Origin: Bacteroidota bacterium
GTDB lineage: Bacteria > Bacteroidota > Bacteroidia > Chitinophagales > Chitinophagaceae
Length of the DNA: 64,000 nt
Assembly (NCBI GenBank): GCA_018266615.1
Contig: JAFEAB010000058.1
Coordinates: forward strand, 4,194 to 68,193
Direction of reading: 5' to 3'
The notes below the pieces were generated by a model. That model was given only the letters and a program-made list of their open reading frames with translations. It made no database searches and had not been told where the DNA came from. Within the stretch, counting starts at the first letter, position 1; each line of letters starts with the position of its first letter. This document shows positions 44,035 to 51,645 of this stretch, in pieces. The position numbers and the translations under genes are program-made.

Positions 44035-44778
44035 TCAGTCCAAAAGGTTTTCAATAAAGGTATATCCCACAGTTACCCCCTCACCACAATCCAAACAATT
44101 GGGGTCGGCTTCCCTACGGGCCTTATCTTTTTCAAGCCTTCGCAGATGCCATTTCTTAAACAACCGCTTAAACTGGTTATAATCTCCGTACACTTTTCCA
44201 ATTCCGAGGTTATATACATTCGGAATTTTCTCAAAATTTGACATTTCGTAATTAAAAATTTCCTTGCTATCTGAGATCTTAACGATTAACCCCGGTAGCC
44301 CACAAAATTTAAGGGGGCCATCTTGTATAGGTATATTCAATGCATAAAAGGCAGTATAATCCCTGCCTCTAAAAGTAGTAACCGCTTTTTGGCAGTAATT
44401 ATTATTAATGGTTATAAACTGATTCAAAATGGTCCACTTCATGGCAGGTAGTGAATCTGACCAATAAGAATCCAGGGAGTATTCGGGGTACATAGATCCA
44501 ATAAAGTATAAACATTGGTTACTCCAATCTTTCAATTGAGTTACTCTGGCTGAAATTTTCCCATCCTTACCCTTTTTGCCTTCTCCAAAAAAGAAAAAAC
44601 TCTTATTCCCATCAATAATCAAATACTCAACATTGACTGATTCAGGAAACGGAGGGTTATTATAAATTCGTTTATAGGTTACCTTTATAATGGAATCCCC
44701 ATTGGCAAATGCACTCACTTTCGTTGCAGGAAAAAAGAACAGAATCGCAATAATTAATAGTTCAACTAAATTTTTCAT
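44035..44778 (-). CDS. GLPGLI-family protein, copy G2
   Basis: 247 aa. Aligns with G1 without gaps at roughly three-quarters identity by eye. Motif CGLPGLIVK. Confidence 0.85.
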   Translation of the reverse strand: MKNLVELLIIAILFFFPATKVSAFANGDSIIKVTYKRIYNNPPFPESVNVEYLIIDGNKSFFFFGEGKKGKDGKISARVTQLKDWSNQCLYFIGSMYPEYSLDSYWSDSLPAMKWTILNQFITINNNYCQKAVTTFRGRDYTAFYALNIPIQDGPLKFCGLPGLIVKISDSKEIFNYEMSNFEKIPNVYNLGIGKVYGDYNQFKRLFKKWHLRRLEKDKARREADPNCLDCGEGVTVGYTFIENLLD

Positions 44779-44861
44779 AGTAAGAAACCCGGTTTTGCCA
44801 ATATGAAATTTTCTCCCGTTACCAGGTTAAAGCTAATTAATAAATGTAACTCGCCCTCAAC

Positions 44862-45176
44862 TTATGGATTCTCAAATTCAGAAACTTTTGGGCAATTCAA
44901 CGTTGGAGATGGCTCTAAACCAAAACTCCTCACAGCGTTGCATACATTCAGGTCGCGGCAATTCGCTGCATCGGCCTGCGCCTGGGCACACGAAGAGGCT
45001 GACTTGGTGCAACTAACGTCAACATTATTACCATTTGGGTAATGATAGGTTCCATAGGCAGTAACTGTACATTTTGAAACTGATTTTAAAATGGATTTTG
45101 CCAATGGCGTTTCCGAACTTGCAAATGCAAAAGTACTAACGGCAACTGCCATAAAAAAGATAAATAACTTTTTCAT
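44862..45176 (-). CDS. Small secreted 6-Cys protein, copy S2
   Basis: 104 aa. The C-terminal 42 aa are identical to S1, although the DNA differs at 9 synonymous sites. Confidence 0.8.
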   Translation of the reverse strand: MKKLFIFFMAVAVSTFAFASSETPLAKSILKSVSKCTVTAYGTYHYPNGNNVDVSCTKSASSCAQAQADAANCRDLNVCNAVRSFGLEPSPTLNCPKVSEFENP

Positions 45177-45193
45177 AAATTAGGGTTTGCCGT

Positions 45194-45226
45194 AATAATG
45201 ATAATAATAATAATAATAATAATAAT
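45194..45226. repeat. (AAT)2 GAT (AAT)8 microsatellite 17 nt upstream of the S2 start codon
   Basis: Counted directly. Confidence 0.9.
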
Positions 45227-45399
45227 GGACATAAATTTAACAAACAAGTTATCCACAAGTCTGACCATTAACCATTGATCTTTCTAAAAAGAAATTAACC
45301 TCATATGTATTTATAAATTCCTTTTCAATGCAAAAAATATGTTGGACCCAATTGAGATTAAAGTTCCAGCTTATCAAAAAAGTTAATAAAATTGACTAT

Positions 45400-46146
45400 T
45401 TAATCTAAAAGATTTTCATAAAACACATATCGTACATTACTCCCTTCTCCACATCCTAAACAATTGGGGTCTGCCTCCTTCCTGGCCTTATCTTTTTCCA
45501 GCCTTCGCAAATGCCATTTTTTAAACAACGTTTTATACCGATTGTAATCTCCATTTACTTTACCAATTCCTAAATTGAATTCATTTGGAACCTTTTCAAA
45601 ATTTGTCATCTCGAATTTAAATATGCCCTTACTATCCGAACCCATAACAATCAAGCCGGGCAAACCGCAAAATTTCCAGGGGCCATCCTGAATGGGAATA
45701 TTTACGGCAAAGAAAACAGTATAATCCCTGCCTCTAAAAGTAGTAACCGCTTTCTGGCAGTAATTATTATTTATGGTTAAAAACTGATTTAAAATGGTCC
45801 ATTTCATGGCGGGTAATGAATCTGACCAATAAGAATCCAGGCTGTACTCCGGATACATTGGGCCCATAAAGTACAGATTGTGGTTTTCCCAATCTTTCAT
45901 TTGACTAACACGGGCATTTATTTTCCCATCCTTTCCCTTCTTGCCTTCTCCAATAAAAAAAAAGCTCTTATTTCCATCAATAATCAGAAACTCCTCATCA
46001 TTATACTCTGGCCTTCCAGGTTCGGTAAAACTATATTTATAAGTTATTTTAATGACAGAATCTCCATATACAAATGCATATATTTTAGAAATTGGGATAA
46101 ACCCCAGAAAACAAATAACAAAAATTCCAATTATCTTTTTCATCAT
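45400..46146 (-). CDS. GLPGLI-family protein, copy G3
   Basis: 248 aa. Motif CGLPGLIVM and tail ..EADPNCLGCGEG. Confidence 0.85.
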   Translation of the reverse strand: MMKKIIGIFVICFLGFIPISKIYAFVYGDSVIKITYKYSFTEPGRPEYNDEEFLIIDGNKSFFFIGEGKKGKDGKINARVSQMKDWENHNLYFMGPMYPEYSLDSYWSDSLPAMKWTILNQFLTINNNYCQKAVTTFRGRDYTVFFAVNIPIQDGPWKFCGLPGLIVMGSDSKGIFKFEMTNFEKVPNEFNLGIGKVNGDYNRYKTLFKKWHLRRLEKDKARKEADPNCLGCGEGSNVRYVFYENLLD

Positions 46147-46207
46147 TAGAAAAGGAATTACAATCTGGCAAGTAGTTTAAGAATATATAATCACCTGAAT
46201 ATACACT

Positions 46208-46525
46208 TTATACTGGATCTTCAAATTCAGATACTTTGGGGCAATTTAAAGTAGGAGAAGGCTCAAGATGATAACTTCTCACCACAGTACAAATATTTAA
46301 ATCCCGGCAGTTCGCTGCATCGGCCTGGGCCTGTTCACAGGTTGCAGCTGACCTGGTACAATCAACAGGCACATATGAACCATCAGGCGCATGGCAGGTG
46401 CCATAAGCAGTGGCGGTACATTTGGCAAAAGGTTTTAAAATGGGGTTTTCTAAGGGCGCATCAGTATTTGCAAAGGCAAAAGTTCCAAAGAACAAGGCGA
46501 CAAAAATGAGGAATAAACTTTTCAT
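46208..46525 (-). CDS. Small secreted Cys-rich protein, copy S3 (7 Cys)
   Basis: I use the internal ATG at 46525 (MKSLFLIFVALFFGTFAFA..). The longer track ORF merely translates the upstream microsatellite (FFFYYYYYW). Confidence 0.75.
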   Translation of the reverse strand: MKSLFLIFVALFFGTFAFANTDAPLENPILKPFAKCTATAYGTCHAPDGSYVPVDCTRSAATCEQAQADAANCRDLNICTVVRSYHLEPSPTLNCPKVSEFEDPV

Positions 46526-46542
46526 ATTTTTAATTTTGCGCC

Positions 46543-46569
46543 AATAATAATAATAATAAAAAAAAAAAA
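46543..46569. repeat. (AAT)5 followed by A12 tract 17 nt upstream of the S3 start codon
   Basis: Counted directly. Confidence 0.9.
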
Positions 46570-46747
46570 TAAGGGACATAAATTTAACAATCAAGTTATC
46601 CACAAGCTTGACCATTAACCTTTTATTTCGCTGAAAAGACGATTAACCTTCTATGTTTTTTCCTATCCTGTTTCAATGCAAAATATAAGTTGGAACCATT
46701 TGAGATTAAAGTTCCAGCATATCAAAAAAGTTAATAAAATTGGCTAA

Positions 46748-47491
46748 TTAGTCCAAAAGGTTTTCAATAAAGGTATATCGCACAGTTACCCCCTCACTAC
46801 AATCCAAACAATTGGGATCGGCTTCCCTGCGGGCCTTATCTTTTTCAAGCCTCCGTAAATGCCATTTTTTAAACAAGGATTTGAACTGGCTATAATCTCC
46901 ATACACTTTTCCAATTCCCAAATCATAATCATTGGGAATCTTTTCAAAACTCGTCATTTCAAAATTAAAAATACCCTTGCTATCCGAAATCTTAACGATT
47001 AAGCCAGGGAGCCCACAGAATTTAAAAGGGCCATCCTGTATGGGAATATTTATGGCAAAGAACGCCGTATAATCCCTACCCCTGAACGAAGTAACCGCCT
47101 TTTGGCAATAATTATTTTTAATGGTTAAGAACTGATTCAAAATAGTCCACTTCATGGCAGGTAGTGAATCTGACCAATAGGAATCCAGGTTGTACTCGGG
47201 ATACATTGGGCCCATATAAAATAACCGGTGGTTTTCCCAGTCCTTCATCTGGTCTACTCTGGCACGTAATATTCCGTCTTTCCCCTTCGTTCCACTCCCA
47301 TAAATATAATAACTTATATTTCCAACAATGATCAGGCATTCTTCGCCAATAGATTCTGGGAATGGAGGGTTGTTATAGCTTCGTTTATAGGTTACCTTTA
47401 TGATGGAATCCCCATTGGCAGATGCCCTCACTTTCGTTGCAGGAAAAAAGAACAGAATCGAAATAATTAATAGTTCAGCTAAATTTTTCAT
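46748..47491 (-). CDS. GLPGLI-family protein, copy G4
   Basis: 247 aa. Motif CGLPGLIVK and tail ..EADPNCLDCSEG. Confidence 0.85.
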   Translation of the reverse strand: MKNLAELLIISILFFFPATKVRASANGDSIIKVTYKRSYNNPPFPESIGEECLIIVGNISYYIYGSGTKGKDGILRARVDQMKDWENHRLFYMGPMYPEYNLDSYWSDSLPAMKWTILNQFLTIKNNYCQKAVTSFRGRDYTAFFAINIPIQDGPFKFCGLPGLIVKISDSKGIFNFEMTSFEKIPNDYDLGIGKVYGDYSQFKSLFKKWHLRRLEKDKARREADPNCLDCSEGVTVRYTFIENLLD

Positions 47492-47574
47492 AGTAAAAAA
47501 CCAGGTTTTGCCAATTTGGAATTCCCTTCCGATACCAGGTTAAAGCTAAATAATAAATGTAACTCCCCTTCAAT

Positions 47575-47889
47575 CTATGGATTCTCAAATTCAGAAACTT
47601 TTGGGCAATTCAGCATTGGAGAAGGCTCCAAGCCGTTATTCCTCACTGCGGTACAGACATTCAAATCTCCGCAGTTTGCTGCATCTGCTATAGCCTGTTC
47701 ACAAGATGCTGCTGTCCTGGTGCAACTAACGTCAATAGGAGTGCCACTTGGCCCATAATAGGTACCATAGGCAGTAGCTGTACACTTTGAAACTGATTTT
47801 AAAATGGATTTCTACCATGGCATTTCCGAAATTGCAAATGCAAAAGAACTAACGGCAACTGCCATAAAAAAGATAAATAACTTTCTCAT
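47575..47889 (-). pseudogene. Small secreted 6-Cys protein, copy S4, interrupted by an in-frame TAG at codon 26
   Basis: Same 315-nt length as S1 and S2. Reads MRKLFIFFMAVAVSSFAFAISEMPW*KSILKSVSKCTATAYGTYYGPSGTPIDVSCTRTAASCEQAIADAANCGDLNVCTAVRNNGLEPSPMLNCPKVSEFENP. The TAG is at 47812-47814 on the minus strand. Confidence 0.7.
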
Positions 47890-48002
47890 AAATTAAGGTT
47901 TGCCGCAGTAATAATAATACCAACTTTTATATATATTTTCTTTAATGGATAAAAAACATTCAAAATAATTGGCTCAAAATGCCCTGCTTTTGAATACCAG
48001 AT

Positions 48003-49850
48003 TTAATTTTTATTTGTTGCCGGAAGCGAATCGCGATGCAAAAAGTCATTGTAAAACACCTGTTGTAAAGCCTTTCCATATTTAATGGTTAAGGAATCCA
48101 CCTTCCCGGATTGGAATACGGGTCTTTTTCCCACATTATCGTAAACCAGTTTAGAAGAATCAGTAATAAAACCAAAACCGTTCACAAAAGAGAACCAGGC
48201 CCAGGGACGGTACCCCGGAGAAAGAATATTACGGCTATAATGAAATGCTTCGGAAGAATACCCCAAAATATGGAGCAGGGTAGCTGCTAAATCCGTTTGA
48301 GAACCCACTTTGTGTACAAGCTGCGGTTTGATTCCACCACCCAGCAACAGCAGCGGTATCCTGAACTGGTTACTCTCCATGGGATCGGGCGGATACCGGT
48401 GGCCATGATCAGCTACGATTACAAGGATGGTATTATTCCACCAGGGCATTTGCCGGCAACCATCTACAAATTGTTTCAATACGGCATCCGTATAGTGTAG
48501 GGAATTTAAAAATTTTGAAACATCATCGTTGCCCTTAATTACTACAGGCACCGGGGTTTCGTAAGGCTCATGGCTGCTCAGGGTGAGCCAGGTTGCAAAA
48601 AATGGCTGGGGAAGGGTTTTCAATTTATTCAACAGGAATTGCATCACCACGCCATCATGCGCACCCCATTTAGAGTTGCGGTCAGATTCGCTAAATGAAT
48701 TAACATCCACTATATCATCGAGCCTGCCATGCAACAGGTAGGATTTGATGTTGGCAAACTCCGGCTCTCCACCATAATAAAAGCCGGTATAATACCCATC
48801 CCTGGCCAGCACATTGGTAAGCATGGGAAGCGACCGGGTTTTATTGGGAAATTTCACAATAGAGTTAATGGGTTGTGAGGGATAGCCGCTTAAAACCCCA
48901 ACAATTCCCTTATCGGTACGATCGCCGGTGGCGTAAATATTGCTGAAATACAAACCTTCCTTTTTCAGTTGATTAAACCGGGGGGTTATTTCCACACCAT
49001 GATAATCTTTATCCAGCACTTTTTCTGTAAAGCTTTCCCAAACCACCAGTATCACATTCTTTCGTTTAACCGAATCCGTTAGTAACTGATCCTGTTTAAG
49101 TAACAGGGGGGATATCAGTTCCTTTGCTTTAGCCATATCCATAAAAACAAAAGGGTTCACCTCGGATTTTCTTTCCAGCTTAACAGAATGAATAAAATTC
49201 CAAACCGGGTTAATGGCAGACTGGTTGGCGTAATTATTTTCAGAAAAATACACGCTACTCTGGTTTATGGGGGCTAGCTGTACACCACCCCTCATAGGAA
49301 TAATGGCCAGGCCGGCGAGCAAAACAATCATCAGGCTCACCCACCACCTGTTGGCGGGAGGAAAGGGAATAAATCTTCGAATACCCCTCACCGTTAAAAT
49401 AATAATTAGCAGGATAGTAATGATGACACCCAGGAATATCCAACCTACCGGCAAATTGGATACAGAGGCCCATGCTTCCTTTGGATTTTGCAGGTAACGC
49501 AGCACACCTGCCTCCAGGTGGTGGCCCCAGGCATTATATGAATACCCATCCGACACATACAGCAGCAAAACAGGAATCAGTAATAAAATACTGTAAACAA
49601 CAAACGGCAAACGACGATTAAGGATCGGTATCCAGGTTCCGGCAAGCATTAGTATTAATACAGGAACGGTGAAATAGGTGGCGGTAGAAATATCCATCAG
49701 CAAACCATGGCGAAAAACACCCCAGCATTCGTTAAACCCGGCCACCTCACCTACCCTATAAGTAATCCACAAAAAGAATACCCTGCCGAGGATAAACAGG
49801 AAAACCCAGAAAAAAAAGTAAGCAGCTAAAAAAGAAAGCCTCGGCTTCAT
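48003..49850 (-). CDS. LtaS-like / sulfatase (alkaline-phosphatase superfamily) membrane enzyme
   Basis: 615 aa. About 5 N-terminal TM helices, then an extracytoplasmic sulfatase-like domain (ILVVWESFT, ...LSSHEPY, VADHGH). Confidence 0.85.
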   Translation of the reverse strand: MKPRLSFLAAYFFFWVFLFILGRVFFLWITYRVGEVAGFNECWGVFRHGLLMDISTATYFTVPVLILMLAGTWIPILNRRLPFVVYSILLLIPVLLLYVSDGYSYNAWGHHLEAGVLRYLQNPKEAWASVSNLPVGWIFLGVIITILLIIILTVRGIRRFIPFPPANRWWVSLMIVLLAGLAIIPMRGGVQLAPINQSSVYFSENNYANQSAINPVWNFIHSVKLERKSEVNPFVFMDMAKAKELISPLLLKQDQLLTDSVKRKNVILVVWESFTEKVLDKDYHGVEITPRFNQLKKEGLYFSNIYATGDRTDKGIVGVLSGYPSQPINSIVKFPNKTRSLPMLTNVLARDGYYTGFYYGGEPEFANIKSYLLHGRLDDIVDVNSFSESDRNSKWGAHDGVVMQFLLNKLKTLPQPFFATWLTLSSHEPYETPVPVVIKGNDDVSKFLNSLHYTDAVLKQFVDGCRQMPWWNNTILVIVADHGHRYPPDPMESNQFRIPLLLLGGGIKPQLVHKVGSQTDLAATLLHILGYSSEAFHYSRNILSPGYRPWAWFSFVNGFGFITDSSKLVYDNVGKRPVFQSGKVDSLTIKYGKALQQVFYNDFLHRDSLPATNKN

Positions 49851-49954
49851 AACCTTAGGTTAACTATAAATAAATACCCTGTTTCGCATTATACCAGGTT
49901 GTGATCAAATAAAAGAATAATGCTTTGATTAAAATCGCATGTAGAGTCAAAATT

Positions 49955-49981
49955 AAAAAAGGCCATCCAAACAGGATAGCC
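49955..49981 (-). terminator. Rho-independent terminator after the DUF4920 gene
   Basis: Minus strand reads GGCTATCC-TGTTT-GGATGGCC (one G-U pair) followed by T6. Confidence 0.6.
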
Positions 49982-50005
49982 TTCTAATTTAAAATGTTTT
50001 TAAGA

Positions 50006-50413
50006 TTAATCTGCCACAACCAGGCATTTTGCCTGTAATACGGGTTCTTTTGAAGGTTTAGTAATGGCGTCAATTTCTGCTTTAGATTTTCCGGCATCTT
50101 CGGCATAATGGCGCAGCATGGCCACTGATACTTCTTTAACCTGTGCAGGCCCTTCCACCATTACCTTACGGCCTACCAATGAAACAGGAACCAGAAAAGC
50201 GTGATCTTTCATCCGCACCATCATGGCGCCATCGGCTGTCTTCAATTTAAGCCAGCAGCCTTCATTCTGGCATACTTCCACAACTTCTCCGGATACTTTG
50301 TATTCCGCTTTATTATTATCAGATTGGGCAATCGTAGTGGCCAATTCGTCTGTTGAAATCGCTTTTGCATCTGAAATTTTAGCACCAAAAGTCATGCCTT
50401 TGGTCACTTCCAT
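50006..50413 (-). CDS. DUF4920-domain protein
   Basis: ..VSGEVVEVCQNEGCWLKLK..MVRMKDHAFLVP...VSVAMLRHYAEDAGKSKAEI matches my recollection of DUF4920. The true start is probably further upstream (see findings). Confidence 0.7.
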   Translation of the reverse strand: MEVTKGMTFGAKISDAKAISTDELATTIAQSDNNKAEYKVSGEVVEVCQNEGCWLKLKTADGAMMVRMKDHAFLVPVSLVGRKVMVEGPAQVKEVSVAMLRHYAEDAGKSKAEIDAITKPSKEPVLQAKCLVVAD

Positions 50414-50502
50414 TTGCGGGGGCTGTGCTGCCAGGGCAAAGGAGAAAAGTAGGGTGATAGCAAGCGTAGTAATCGTTTTGATAGCAGTAAATTTTAAAGT
50501 GA

Positions 50503-51129
50503 TTAAGCAATTTTTTCCACCTGCATATAGCTGAGCTCAACAGGTGTAGCACGTCCAAAGATTTTTACCTGAACTTTCAGCTTTTTCTTTTCGTCGTACA
50601 CTTCTTCAATAACGCCGTTAAAATCATTAAATGGACCGTCAATGATTTTAATGGTTTCACCCACAATAAAAGGTTCGCTCATGGTTACGCCACCGGCGTC
50701 GCTCATCTCATCCATTTTGCCCAGCATTTTATTCACTTCGGCTTTACGCAGAGAGATTACATTTCCCTTTGATCCTTTACCATCGGTAAGGAAATGCATC
50801 ACATTGCTGATATTGCTTACATGCTGGATAATATCATCTGCCAGTGTATCGCCCACCACTTCAATCATGATATAACCGGGGTAAAAGTTCCTTTCGCGCA
50901 TTACCTTTTTCCCGTTTACCACTTTATACACTTTCTCAACGGGAAGGAATACCTGCACAATTACTTTATCCCAGCCATTGCGAACGATGTCTTTATCGAG
51001 GTATTCTTTAATCTTCTTTTCCTTGCCACTTACCACGCGAAGCACATACCACTTGGTTTCCTTTCCGGACTTTTCCGAAGGATTTGCGGCATGCTGAACG
51101 CCCTGTTCTGCACTTTTCGTTTCTTCCAT
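50503..51129 (-). CDS. nusG: Transcription termination/antitermination factor NusG
   Basis: KWYVLRVVSGKEKK..(NGN domain) and a C-terminal KOW (GETIKIIDGPFNDFNGVIEEV). Confidence 0.95.
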   Translation of the reverse strand: MEETKSAEQGVQHAANPSEKSGKETKWYVLRVVSGKEKKIKEYLDKDIVRNGWDKVIVQVFLPVEKVYKVVNGKKVMRERNFYPGYIMIEVVGDTLADDIIQHVSNISNVMHFLTDGKGSKGNVISLRKAEVNKMLGKMDEMSDAGGVTMSEPFIVGETIKIIDGPFNDFNGVIEEVYDEKKKLKVQVKIFGRATPVELSYMQVEKIA

Positions 51130-51326
51130 TATGCTTTAAAAAAGGAGTAAATAAATTTCATGCCACCATTGGCGATAAAGTCCATCAGTGCTACCACGGC
51201 CGTAATAAACAGCGTGGCGCCGAGAACAATAACCGTTGATTGTTGCAATTCATCCCATTTGGGCCAGGATACCTTCTCGGTTAATTCCTTATAGGAATCT
51301 TTAACAAATTTTGAAATCTTGTTCAT
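51129..51326 (-). CDS. secE: Preprotein translocase subunit SecE
   Basis: 65 aa with ..ELTEKVSWPKWDELQQSTVIVL.. and a single TM. Overlaps the nusG start by 1 nt. Confidence 0.85.
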   Translation of the reverse strand: MNKISKFVKDSYKELTEKVSWPKWDELQQSTVIVLGATLFITAVVALMDFIANGGMKFIYSFFKA

Positions 51327-51460
51327 TCATTTCGCTTTAACGATGGAGTGGGAAATCTTTCCCAAACCTACACCGCAATTTAATTTTCTTTTCCGAAAGC
51401 CCTTCCACAAACCAATTCCACACGGTGAAATCAGAAAATAAGAGAGGCTGGCTTTCGCTG

Positions 51461-51531
51461 CACGGGCACTAGGATTCGAACCCAGATCAAAGGTTTTGGA
51501 GACCCGTATGCTACCATTGCACCATGCCCGT
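51461..51531 (-). tRNA. tRNA-Trp(CCA): tRNA-Trp (anticodon CCA)
   Basis: Minus strand reads ACGGGCATGGTGCAATGGTAGCATACGGGTCTCCAAAACC...GGTTCGAATCCTAGTGCCCGTG. The acceptor stem pairs, the anticodon loop is CTCCAAA, and the T-arm is GGTTCGAATCC. Confidence 0.9.
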
Positions 51532-51540
51532 AAATAAGCT

Positions 51541-51574
51541 AAAAGCTATCCACCAACCGGCAGACAGCTTTTAG
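51541..51574 (-). terminator. Hairpin between tuf and tRNA-Trp (weak terminator or processing site)
   Basis: Minus strand reads AGCTGTCTGCC-GGTT-GGTGGATAGCT (3 G-U pairs) followed by only TTTT. Confidence 0.4.
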
Positions 51575-51645
51575 ATTATAATGTAAAGATAAATTAATAT
51601 CTATAACAATAAGCCGTGCACCAGCGTTTTACGCTGAGCGTAAGC

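Noticed and set aside
43886-46604. Perfect DnaA-box 9-mers TTATCCACA at 43886-43894, 45249-45257 and 46596-46604 (plus TTATCCACG at 39092-39100) considered as a replication origin
   Set aside because: The boxes are 1.35 kb apart because they belong to the duplicated cassette leader. There is no dense box cluster, no AT-rich unwinding element and no dnaA or dnaN nearby. They may still be a regulatory motif of the cassette leader.
46526-46615. The N-terminal 30-aa extension of the S3 ORF in the track (MVKLVDNLIVKFMSLIFFFYYYYYWRKIKN)
   Set aside because: It is a translation of the conserved leader and the (AAT)n/A12 microsatellite. S1, S2 and S4 all start at the equivalent internal Met, directly before the signal peptide.
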